Assembly: GCA_963717505.1 (NCBI GenBank)
Contig: OY970342.1
Span: 1,280,001 to 1,344,000 of the forward strand
Reading direction: 5' to 3'
Source of the DNA: Candidatus Eiseniibacteriota bacterium
GTDB lineage: Bacteria; Eisenbacteria; RBG-16-71-46
DNA: 64,000 nt
The position numbers and the translations under genes were made by a program. Each line of letters begins with the position of its first letter. Position 1 is the first letter of the stretch. Shown here piece by piece: positions 27,018 through 37,396 of the stretch. The notes beneath the pieces were generated by a model. It did not search any database and was not told the origin of the DNA. It saw nothing but the letters and a program-made list of their open reading frames with translations.

Positions 27018-29992
27018 CTACTGGATGCGCACCATCCGTCCGATCGCCGTCTCGCCACCCTGCGACAGCCTGAGCATGTAGACGCCGGCCGGCAGGCGAT
27101 CCAGCTCCGGAATGCGCACCTGGTGCGCGCCGGGACCGAGGTCGCCGACCTCGCGCCAGGCGACACGGCGCCCTGCCACGTCGAGGATGTCGAGTCGCGC
27201 GGGACCGCGGCGGGGAAGGCTCAGGACGATGCGCGCTCCGGGGACAGCCGGGTTGGGCTGCGTCCCCGCGAGCGCCAGGCGATGCGTGGTCGGTACGTTG
27301 ACCCAGGTCTCGGCGTAGATCTGGCCGGCCTCGTCGACCAGCCGATAGCCATAGCGCTCGCCCGGGACGACGGCGCGATCGGTCCACGCGATCATGTCGG
27401 AACCATCGCGTTCGAGCACGGCGACCGTCGCCCACTCGCTACCGGCCTGACTGCGCTGGACGCGTGCCACGGACAACCCGGGAGTGTGCCAGGCGAGCTC
27501 GACCCCCTCGGGGCTGGCGGTCGCCTGAACCAGGGACACCAGCACCGCGGTCGGGACGTCGCACGCGGCTTTGAGTCCCGAGATGCAGTTGATGATGTTG
27601 GCGTAGCCGGTCTGGACTTCGGGATCGTCTGGAGAGAGAGCCTCGAGATCGATCAGCATCTGATCGATGCTGTTGACGGATGATGCCGTCCACCGATAGA
27701 CGATGAAGTCACCGGGATCGATGATCGCGCCGTCGATACAGCAGCCTGCTGGCCAGACCATAGAGCCCGGGTAGACCACCTTCGATCAGAGCGCCGTCGA
27801 CCTCGAACATCGGGTCCGGCGTGCCGGTGTAGGCCGATCGGAACACCACCAGGTACTCGCGTCCACCGTTCTCGGTCGCATCGGGCCCCCAGGTGAAATC
27901 CAACGACCACGGTTGCGCCATTGGCGGGAGTACGTTGCCGTCGTCATCGGTGTTCACCCGCTCGACGAAAGCCGCGTCGAGCTGGACGTTGCGATCGACG
28001 TCCCACACCTGGAACGGGACGTCGTGGAATCCGCCGTACTCATAGCGCCGGCCAAGTGGCGACGCGGCGCCGTCCGAGGCCCGTTCGTGACGGAGGTAGC
28101 GGTAGGCCTTCTGGGGAATGGTGCTGAACCGAATCTCGACGGTTGCGAACGAGTCGGGATGAGTGGCCGGGTCGAGCGAGCTGCCGAGGAATTCCGAGGC
28201 CAACCCGGCGCCGCCGCCGAAGAAGGGAAGACCAAGATCTACTCCGAAGAGAGCGCGAGGGTTGGTCTGATTCCCATCGCCGTATTCGACCGCACTCAGC
28301 GACGAACCGCGTCTTCCGGTGCGAACCAGGTCGGCGACGGTGGCTCCGGTCACCCCCGGGCAATTCGCCGGGGTCAGGGGGCTCAGGATGATCGGGTCCC
28401 CGTTCGTGTCGTGAACTCCGTAGCGCGCGGCCATGACGTTGGCGAGCAGCGCCGCGAACTGACGCTCGGCCTCGAAACGCATCTCGGTGCCGGGTGACTG
28501 AAGCGTGCTGCACATTTCGGCGGCACTGGCCCCCCAGTCGAAGTACGCGGATTGCGCGTCCGCGTCTTGTGCGATCAGCTGAAGCTGGAAGGGGTCCGCC
28601 GCGCATTGGTCCTGCCAGAAATACAGCGAACGCGGGCAGACGGAAGGCTCGAAGCACGGGGGCACGCCCGGCAAGGGATCCAGTTGCGTGAAGTTCGACG
28701 CGTACGCCTCGGCCGTGAAGTCGGCATTGCAGCGCAGCTCGCTGATCGATGCGATGTGATTTGCACCCTGCCCGACCACGACGGCCACGACGACCTCGGT
28801 GGTTTCGCCCGGGCGCCAGCGTCACGTAGCTGGCGGTGACCAGCAATCGCTTGTCGGCGGCAGGCCCGTCGAACCAACCCGCGCCGGTCACCGGATCGCC
28901 CCGGAACATGAACTTGGTCTCGACCTGGTAGATCGGGTCGACGAACGGCGAGCCATCGGCCTGCAGTCCGCGCAACGCATTGGCGGACTCCTCCGTGCTC
29001 GAAGGGTCGGTGCCGTTGATGTATCCGGTGCAGCTGGTCATCGGCAATCCACCGAGCAGCCGAACGCCGACGGCGGGAGGAGTAGCGCCATATTGAATGT
29101 CTTCGGGAACCGCGTTGTAGGCGTAGCCCATGCTGCGTGGCTCGTCGGCGCCGATCATGTCGTCGGTGGCTCCGCCAACGTCGGGATCGGTCCAGACCCC
29201 CGGAATCAGCTGCTGAATGGTTTCGCTGCCGTCATTGATGATTCGGTAGCGAATGAAAACCGCGTCGCCCAGCGGCCCCGGTCGGTCGAATCCGAACACC
29301 GTTTGCTGCACCTCGACCCCAATCGGGTCGCTGTTGCCCGCATCGTTCGTGTGCAGCGAAGGATCGGCGTCGTTGTACACGCTCCACAGCATTTGGTCGC
29401 CCGAGACGTCGGGTCCGAGCACGTCGAGCGAATCGTCCCCACCTGGCGTATCGGTGTTGGGGAGTCGGTAGGTGCGGACCGGCGCGCCCCGGGGTGCGGC
29501 GCCCGCGACGTACTCGCTCCAACTGTGATGGAGGAGTGGATCTTGAGTGGGGTCGACCGGGACGACCTCGACGTGCGCGGAGTCCGCGGGATCGCCGGTC
29601 CATGCCTTGACCTTGTAGACCATGAGATCTTGTGCGCCGGCATCCTCCCAAACGCCCGGCGACAGAATGCGGCCGGCACCGTACTCCTGCGAGTACTCGG
29701 CGACCGTCACCCGCGTCGGTCCGGGGGGGAAGTCCGCGCCCAGCCACAACCCGCCGGCAAACAGCGCCGTCGTCGATGTTCCCTTGGGGTAGAGGAGCCC
29801 CGCATTGGCGGTCGTCAGATCCCACCCGAACGAACCGAAGTTGGTCACGAACATGTTGATCCGATTCACGTCGATTCGACGGAGCAGATCCTGCACGTGA
29901 GGTTGCGTGGTTCTGGAAGGGGCGGCGCCATGGGCCGCGGAGACGAGAAGGAGGAGAGAAGCGATCGGGACGAGCGTCGCGCGAGGAGTCAT
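27018..29992 (-). pseudogene. Large secreted CTD-bearing protein interrupted by two frameshifts (~28808, ~27740); probably sequencing error
   Basis: Continuous protein-like sense across three frames: signal peptide, 'GLLYPKG..LFAGGLW', 'DQMLWSVYND', ending in CTD 'PNP...DVAGRRV...GVYMLRL'. Confidence 0.75.
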
Positions 29993-31015
29993 ACGGCCTC
30001 CGTAGTGCCTGGGCAGGGGGGGAGAGCGCCCACCAGCCTACCACCGCGAATCAGCCGGTCGAACGACTTTTGTGATTGGTCCGGAGCGCGCCGACCTCGC
30101 CCCAGGAGTGGCGAAACCAGCTCCCGAAAATGCTCGACCGCAGTACGTTCCTCGACCGCCAGGGCATCCTGGAGCCAGGCCACGGGTGGCGGGGGCGGCG
30201 CGTCCAGCGCGCCCCGGACCTCGGTCACCGCCTGGCGAAGGGTCGCATGGTCGTGCGCCTTGCCGAGCGCCTCCTGAATTTCGCGAAGGCGATCCACGAT
30301 TCGCGATTCGGTGCCGAGTGCAGCGTGCCAGCGCTCCTCGCTGTAGCGCCACTTCTTGACCGCAACGCGCGCGGCGTGAAACAGCTCGATCGCTGCGCCG
30401 TCGGCGACGGTCGCGGCCAGGAGTGCGTCGTGTGCGCTGCGTCGATCGGCCGCGAGTCGGCGGCGCACGCGGCCTACCACTTGGGGATCGCGCAACCGTT
30501 CGTCGAGCGCGACGATCGCATCTTCGAGGTGCAGCCGCAGGGAGCGCAGGCGCTCGGGCTCGATACGCTCGAGTGCCCCCCGGCGGTCGCGCGCATAACG
30601 CTCGCGCCACGCGACCGCGATGCGAACCAGCACTGCCGGCACGCGCGGAAGGTCCCGAGTGCGCCGCGCGAGTTCGGAGGTGTGGACCTCGGATTTCGCG
30701 CAACGGCCCGAACCGTCTCCGGGCGCGGCGCAGCAGGCGCAGCGCTCGGCGAGCGGGCCGACCGGCGAGGGCCGGCCGCCACATGCGCAGGCCGGCGGTC
30801 AACCGGCGCGCGGCAACGCGCAGGTCGTGGATCGCTTCGGCATCGGTGGCATGAGCGAGTGCCAGCCTTCCGCTGGGCGTCTGCACCGCACGCAGGCGCT
30901 GTCTGCGCACGCGCACCGCGGCGTCCGTGAGCAGGTCGAGCCGATGGCGAAGGTCGCGGGCCACGCGCGCCGCCAGGAGCTGGGCCGTAGGGGCGGGAGC
31001 AGCCCGAGCGGTCAC
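29989..31015 (-). CDS. CHAD domain (polyphosphate-binding) protein, frameshift near 30690
   Basis: 'AIHDLRVAARRL', 'LFHAARVAVKKWRY', 'LREIQEALG.AHD'. Confidence 0.85.
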
Positions 31016-31022
31016 CGGCCGA

Positions 31023-31745
31023 TCACTCCGCCGCCGGTCGTTCGCCCATGCTGGTGCCGCCGGAGAGGAGCAGCGCCGAGACCCGCTCGGCCAATGCCTC
31101 GGCGTTCTCACTGATCGGTCGTGTGGCGTCGAGCGTTTGAAAGTCGTACTCGCCCGCCAGCGTGTCCAGCTCCTGGATCACGCGCCCCTGATAGTTGATG
31201 AACGAGTCGTAGAGATCCTCGCCCATCGGCATGTCCATTCCCGATTCCCAGTAGTCGAACCCGCCTTGCGCCAGGGTGCGCGGCACCAGGTCCTCGACGT
31301 CGATGCGCAGGTAGAACACCGCGTCGGGTTTGAGCGAAAACGAATACACGTCCTTGATCCAGGCGCGATCGGCGCCACGCACGATGGCGCGAGCGATCAG
31401 CGAATAGATGTAACGATCGGTGAGCATGACGAAACCCGCGCGCAACGCGGGAATGATCTGCCGCTCGAGACGGTCGGCGAAATCGGTCGCATAGAACAGA
31501 TTGAACGCATTCACGCCGAAGGTGTTGCCGTCTTTCGCGCGGCGCAGGCCGCGGCTCGCGAGGTCGGAGCGGCTGAGGCCGGTCTCGGCGACCGCGTATC
31601 CCATGCGCTCGAGATGCTCGCGCAGGCGCGCGACATGGGTCGAGCGCCCGACGCCGTCGGTGCCCTCGATCACGATCAGCCAGCCGGTCAGGTCGCTGAG
31701 ATCGAGGCCCGGGATGCCGTCGCCGTAGGACTCGAACTTCTTCAT
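31023..31745 (-). CDS. Thymidylate-kinase-like protein, degenerate P-loop (candidate PPK3 regulatory subunit)
   Basis: 'IEGTDGVGRST' (Lys to Arg), 'LTDRY', 'YWESGMD'; ATGA overlap with paralog. Confidence 0.8.
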   Translation of the reverse strand: MKKFESYGDGIPGLDLSDLTGWLIVIEGTDGVGRSTHVARLREHLERMGYAVAETGLSRSDLASRGLRRAKDGNTFGVNAFNLFYATDFADRLERQIIPALRAGFVMLTDRYIYSLIARAIVRGADRAWIKDVYSFSLKPDAVFYLRIDVEDLVPRTLAQGGFDYWESGMDMPMGEDLYDSFINYQGRVIQELDTLAGEYDFQTLDATRPISENAEALAERVSALLLSGGTSMGERPAAE

Positions 31746-32551
31746 GCCCGTGCCTCCAGCCCCATGGTCGCCAGGTGCGGGCGGATCGCCCGCCGCAGGA
31801 GCTTCTGCTGGACCTCGACCGGCTGCACCGCGTCCACCGTCGACAGTTGGTATTCCTCGACGATCTGCTCGTACTCGTCGAGGATGCGCTCCTGGAACAA
31901 TCGATACGACTGCGAGACATCGGTGTGCAGGTAGAGATCCATGCCGGCCTCGTACCACTTGAGCCTGGGACGCCCGAGCAGGATGCGGCGCAGGGCGATC
32001 TCGAGCGGGACCCGGAAGTAGAACGCCATGGTCGGCACCGGCACGAACCGGTAGAGCGAGCGCAGCCAGCGACGCGGAACGCCGCGCGTCACGTCGCGTG
32101 CGAATGCCGTGTACACGTAGCGGTCGGCGAGCACGATCGCCCCCGCTTTGAGCGAAGGAATGATCTCGCGCTCGATGCGCTCCGAGAAGTCGGTGGCGTG
32201 GATCAGCGAGAAAGTCAGCGGCGTCAGGATCTTGCGCTTCTTGCCGCGCGACGTGGTGTCTTTGACGATCACCGAGGAGTTCCACTCGCTGAACACCACC
32301 GGATAGCCCTTGCCGCGCAGCCACTGGGCGAGCAGGGTGAGCTGCGTGCTCTTGCCGGAGCCGTCGATGCCTTCGACGATGAACAGCCGGCCCGGGTAGT
32401 CGCGAACATGGCTGCCGTAGAGGCTGCCATCGGTGATGTGCGCGCTGGCGCCGCGTCGCGGCCGCCGGCGCTTGGGCGGCTCGGGCGCGTCTCGGCCATC
32501 GGCGCCGCCCGCCGATGAGTCGGGCCCATTGGTCGGGCGTTCTTCGATCAC
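31742..32551 (-). CDS. Thymidylate-kinase-like protein (candidate PPK3 catalytic subunit)
   Basis: 'VEGIDGSGKST', 'LADRY', 'WYEAGMD'; GTGA overlap with sixA. Confidence 0.82.
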   Translation of the reverse strand: MIEERPTNGPDSSAGGADGRDAPEPPKRRRPRRGASAHITDGSLYGSHVRDYPGRLFIVEGIDGSGKSTQLTLLAQWLRGKGYPVVFSEWNSSVIVKDTTSRGKKRKILTPLTFSLIHATDFSERIEREIIPSLKAGAIVLADRYVYTAFARDVTRGVPRRWLRSLYRFVPVPTMAFYFRVPLEIALRRILLGRPRLKWYEAGMDLYLHTDVSQSYRLFQERILDEYEQIVEEYQLSTVDAVQPVEVQQKLLRRAIRPHLATMGLEARA

Positions 32552-33066
32552 GCGGAGCCGATTCCTTTCTTGCGACGACCCAGGCGGCGCAGCAGGCGCG
32601 GCGGCATGTGCCACATGAGTTCACCGGCGCCCGGTCGCGGGGCGCCATCGAAGCCGATCGCGCAGGCGCCGGCTTTCTTGATCGGCAATGCCGTCGCGGA
32701 GCCCACCATGGCGGCCGCCAAGACGCCGAGGTCGGGCTCATGCCCGACCAGGATCACCGTCTGCTCGGGCTGGAGACGCGACAGCGCGACGAACACGCCG
32801 CGCGATCCGCGGCCCGCCGAGAGCGCGTCCAGCGTCTCCACCGTATTCACTCCGAGGGCCTCCCCGGCAATGCGCGCCGTGCCGAGCGCGCGAACGTAGG
32901 GGCTGGTCAGGATGATCGAGACGTCGTCCGTGGCACAACCGATCCCCCGCGCCGCGGACCGGGTGCGGACGATGCCGCGCGGGGTCAGCGGACGGTCGAC
33001 ATCCGAAGGCCAACGGTCGGAATCCGGACGTCCGGCGGGTCCGTGTCGGAACAGAATCACCTGCAT
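32548..33066 (-). CDS. sixA: Phosphohistidine phosphatase SixA
   Basis: 'LFRHG.A', 'RPLT..G', 'TSPYVRA..TA', 'LVGHEPDL'. Confidence 0.9.
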   Translation of the reverse strand: MQVILFRHGPAGRPDSDRWPSDVDRPLTPRGIVRTRSAARGIGCATDDVSIILTSPYVRALGTARIAGEALGVNTVETLDALSAGRGSRGVFVALSRLQPEQTVILVGHEPDLGVLAAAMVGSATALPIKKAGACAIGFDGAPRPGAGELMWHMPPRLLRRLGRRKKGIGSA

Positions 33067-33212
33067 GGAATTGGGCTCTCGGCCGATCGAACCGCGTCAC
33101 GCAGCCGCGGAATACCATCCTGGAGAACGCGTGCGAGGGAGGCGCAAACGCCGTCGCTAGACTATCATTCGCCGAAAGACCGCGGCAAAAGCCGCCAACC
33201 CGGAGGAATTGC

Positions 33213-33870
33213 ATGCGCTTGGAAGACCGCTCGACCGCCCCCTGGCACCTCGCTCTGGCCGGATTCGCCCTGACGGCCGCCCTCCTCTTGCCCGCGATCG
33301 TCGCGGCCCAAACGCCCGCCGCACCCCCGGCCCAGACCGGCGCCCAGGAGCGTAAGCCTCAGACCCGGCCCCACGGCAAACGGATCTCCGTGGACCCGAC
33401 CACCATCCGGGTTGGCGACGGCGACACCGTGGACATTTCGTGGGGTGCCAGCGACAACGAGATCATCCGCATTCTGGGCATCGACACGCCGGAGACGCGC
33501 AATCCCGAGCACGATCTGCCGTACTCGCAGTCATTCGGCGAGGAGGCGAAGGCGTTCGCCCGCGGCGCGTTCGCGGCGGCCACCAAGGTCGAACTCTTGC
33601 GCGCCGACATCATCGACCCCTACGGCCGCACGCTGGGCTACCTGTTCCTCAACGACCGGAACTACTCGGTGCTCGTGGTCACAGCGCGACTCGCGGTCGA
33701 GAGCGTGACGCGGTACGGCGACAACGGTTTCCCCGAGGAGGCGAAAACGGTCGCCGCCGCCGCCAAGGCCGCCGGCCCGGTGCCGTTCGAGCCGCCGGCC
33801 GACTACCGCCGGCGCATGCGCGATCTGTCGAGGTGGATGAAGGAGCAGGGGGTGCACGCAGCAGAACTGA
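33213..33870 (+). CDS. Secreted thermonuclease (SNase family); 3' end uncertain, called ORF runs on to 34235
   Basis: 'DGDT', 'IRILGIDTPE', 'DPYGRTLGYL'; C-terminal run-on overlaps next gene, suggesting an indel near 33850. Confidence 0.8.
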
Positions 33871-33984
33871 GCGGCGCGCCGCCTCGCCCTAGATGGCCGC
33901 AGATTAGGTGGGGACAGCCCGCTGGCGGGTGTATGCTTGTGCGCGTCATGGCCAGCGGCTATTTCGTGGCCATGGGGGAGCGCC

Positions 33985-35439
33985 ATGAAGAGTACGCCAG
34001 CGACCGCCCTCCTTTTCGCTGCGACGTTGTTGCTCGGAGCGATCCCGGTATTTGCAGACTGCGAGCCGCCGCTCTTCTCCGGCTGGACCAATCCCGAGAA
34101 CTTCTCGTCGGTGGCCATCGACGTCGCCGATATGAATCTCGACGGAATTCCCGATCTCGTGAATACGACGATCGGTCTGCAACAACATCGGTATGTGCAG
34201 CACGGGCAGATTCGCGTGCAACTGGGAGTCGGTGACGGGACCTTCTCTGCCCCCATAGTCAACGTGCTAGGCGATCAGCGATTCCGGCTGGGGGGTCTCG
34301 AGATCGGGGACTTCACTGGGGATGGCCTGCCGGACATGGTCACGTATTACCAGAGCTCCGGTGCCGATTTTGTCGTGACCCTGATCGGGAATGGCAGTGG
34401 TGGGGTCACGACCCAGGTGACGTCGGGCCTGAACATCTCCGGTGGGAACCTGGGGGGCCACGGTGAATTCAACGGGGACGGACGCCTGGACCTGGTGCTC
34501 GGAAACCGGGTGCTGCTCGGGAACGGGAGTGGTGGGTTTGCTCTTGGCCTGTCGCTACTGCCGGTGGCGGGGACGGTTCTAGTCAAGGACGTGAACCTGG
34601 ACACGCGCCTGGATCTGGTGCGCGTGTCTCCGAGCGCAAACGAAGTCCTTGTGGCCCTTGGGAACGGAAACGGGACGTTCACTGCCGCGCCAGCGGTTCC
34701 CGTGGGTGCGGGGCCCGTGTCCGTCCGGTGCGCCGACCTCGATCGAGACGGACCGCAGGACATCATCACCGCCAACGCGGGCGATGGGACCGTTTCCGTG
34801 GCCCTGGGGAATGGGGATGGCACGTTTGCCACGGCGGTCCACTATTCGGCCTCCCCGTCCCCGGCGGGTCTCGATGTCGCGGACCTCAATGGCGACGGCT
34901 GGCGCGATGTCGTGGTGGTCGGGATCGCGAATCCCATCGTCGTCTTGCGGAACCACGGAGATGGAACGCTGATGGCCCCGTGCGAACATCAACACGGCGC
35001 AATGCTTCCGAGTCAATTGCCCATTGCCCCGGTGATGGCCAGGGATCTGAACGGCGATCACAAGGCCGATCTGGTCTTCCCATTCTTCAACAACGCCGAA
35101 TCGCGCGCCGAGGTCCACCTGAACGTAGGCCCACCTCCGACCTCCAGCGTACCCTCGACCGCCAATGAGGCGCTCCTCACCGCGGCTCCGAACCCGGGGC
35201 GTCGCGAAATCCGATTTGGTTTCGAGCTCAAGGAGTCGGACGACGTTGTGCTCGATTTGTTCGATTCCGGCGGCCGTCGCGTGGCTCGCGTGTTCGAGGG
35301 GCGCCTGGAGGCGGGGTTGTACGACCGGCCGTGGTCGGGGCAATCGGTGGCAGGGCCGGTGGCCGCGGGGGTCTACTGGGCGCGACTGTCGACGTCGAAA
35401 GGCGTGACGGCCCGCCGCCTGGTGTGGCTCGATCGCTGA
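33985..35439 (+). CDS. Secreted FG-GAP/VCBS repeat protein with CTD
   Basis: Repeated 'D.NGDG..DL' and 'LGNGDGTF'; signal peptide; CTD 'APNP...DSGGRRV...GVYWARL'. Confidence 0.9.
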   Translation: MKSTPATALLFAATLLLGAIPVFADCEPPLFSGWTNPENFSSVAIDVADMNLDGIPDLVNTTIGLQQHRYVQHGQIRVQLGVGDGTFSAPIVNVLGDQRFRLGGLEIGDFTGDGLPDMVTYYQSSGADFVVTLIGNGSGGVTTQVTSGLNISGGNLGGHGEFNGDGRLDLVLGNRVLLGNGSGGFALGLSLLPVAGTVLVKDVNLDTRLDLVRVSPSANEVLVALGNGNGTFTAAPAVPVGAGPVSVRCADLDRDGPQDIITANAGDGTVSVALGNGDGTFATAVHYSASPSPAGLDVADLNGDGWRDVVVVGIANPIVVLRNHGDGTLMAPCEHQHGAMLPSQLPIAPVMARDLNGDHKADLVFPFFNNAESRAEVHLNVGPPPTSSVPSTANEALLTAAPNPGRREIRFGFELKESDDVVLDLFDSGGRRVARVFEGRLEAGLYDRPWSGQSVAGPVAAGVYWARLSTSKGVTARRLVWLDR

Positions 35440-35454
35440 TCGGCTCGGAGGCCA

Positions 35455-37259
35455 TCAGCGCTGAAGCACGTTCGCCGGCGGCGGGCGCAGCGCCCGGGCC
35501 GCCGGGTGCAGATCCTGCTCAGGGTCGGCCCACTTCGAGCGCATGAAGAAGAAGTTGTTGCGCTGAGCCCGGTCCTTCGCGAACGTCGAATCCGCGGACA
35601 AACGAGCAGCGAACTCGCGAGCGAGTTTCGGATCCTCGGCCAGCATGCGGCGCGCGATCGGCTCGATCACGTAGTCCTCGGCGTACTCCTTCTGCTCGAA
35701 GATGGTGTCGAACGCATTCCAGTAGAGGAGCCCGTCGGGCGCTTGCGCTTCGAGCAGGTGGATCGCGACCAACCCCGCGGGCTGGTCGAGCGGCACCCAT
35801 AGATCGCCGGCGCGGAACGTGCGCAGCCGGCGCTCGAGCTCGAGGGAATCGACGATCACCGGATGGTGTCCCTCGCGCAGGCGGTCCTCGGCGTGCCAGC
35901 GCACGATGCGCTGGATCTCGACGGTGTCGGCCCATGCTGGATTTCAGGCGGTGATAGCGAACGCCGTGAAGCTCGAGCCGGTCGCGGACCATCGTCCACT
36001 CCTGCGGCACCAGGTAGCCGGCCGGCTGGATCGTGGTCGCTGCCGGCTCGAGGTCGCGGTACATCGGGATCATCGTGTCCCACGCGGTCGTGTCGTAGCG
36101 CGAGACCTCGGTGCCGAGGACGTCGCTGAACGCGGGCCGGTCGACGACCCCGCGATAGGCGAACGGCGTCGGCAGGTCGGTAGCGCGCTGGCTCAGCGCG
36201 ATCACCTCGCGCCGGTTCGCGCTGCCCCGCGCAACGATCTCGCGTTCGGCTTCGGCAACCGCATCGGTCAGAGCCGACGGGTGGTCACGAAGTTCCTCGA
36301 GCAGCGCCACCATGAGGTCGTAGGTCGCGCGCACCCGCGATTCGTAGGACTTGAGCATGTGGGTTTCGACCAGGATCGCACGGCCGGCCGTGGAGCGGCG
36401 GGTAGCCGGTCGAGTAGCGCGGAACGGATCCGTCCATGTTGAAGCCGCTCGCCGGATCGTTGCCGCGACGAAACGACAGGTAGCGGCGCCGTCAGATGGC
36501 CGAGCGCCTGGGCGCGCGGAATCACCCGGCCTTCGAACGCTTCGATCGCCCCAGCGCTCGACCGGCGGCGGACAGACCGGGCCGATCTGGATCGAATAGG
36601 TGAGGTCGTGCTCGGTAGTCGGCGCCGTCGGTAGTGTGATTGTCGACCAGCAGGTGTGGCCGCCACTGGGTGAACACCTGGCCGATCAGCGCGCGCATCT
36701 CCGGGGACTCGAGCTTCATGTAGTCGCGATTGAGGTTGAGCCCGATCGGCGTCGCGCGAAACCCCATGTTCTCGGGGCCGTCCTGATTGATCCGGTTATA
36801 GGGGCTCGCACGCTCGTGCGCGTCGACCGAGAGGATCGGCAGGATGAGCAGGATCGCATGGTCGATCAGGTCGGCGTGCGATTTGAGCACCGCGATGTCG
36901 CGGACCAAGGCCAGCGAGGCGTCCTTGCCTTCGATCTCGCCCGAGTGAATCCCATTCTGAATCAGCACGATCGGCTTGCCGGTGCGCCGCGCGGCTTCGG
37001 GGGTGAAGGCGCGGTCCCTGGAGACGATCAGCAGCGGAAGCGAGCGACCCTGGCCGCTCGTGCCATAGGTTGTGAGCTTGACCCACCTCGAGGCCTTCTC
37101 GAGTCGCCGGCAGTAGTCGAGGGTTTCTTCGTAGTTCGGGGTGGTGCGGTAATTCGAACTCTCGGCGTGGGTGCGCCAGGCGTCGGGCGCCGAGGCGCCC
37201 GCCCCGCCGAAGGGTGCGAGCAGCAGGCCCCAAATCAGCCAATCAATCGGTTTTCTCAT
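35455..37259 (-). pseudogene. M14 zinc carboxypeptidase, several frameshifts (~36610-36390, ~35935); probably sequencing error
   Basis: 'GIHSGE.EG', 'NLNRD', 'DNHTT', later 'ETHMLK' and 'LLEAQAPDGL' in different frames. Confidence 0.8.
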
Positions 37260-37396
37260 GGGGGGGGGAATCTAAGCTGCCGGCGCGCGACCACGCCAAC
37301 CGACGTCGATTTCCAGTGGTTCATCGTCCGGGACGGGAGTAGCCTTCTTTGCAGGCGAATCTCCCCGACGCCCTTCCCCCAGGGAGGATCCCGGTC

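Noticed and set aside
27018-37259. Programmed frameshifting in the CTD protein, CHAD, SNase and M14 genes
   Set aside because: No slippery heptamers; single-base indels in short G/C runs fit sequencing error
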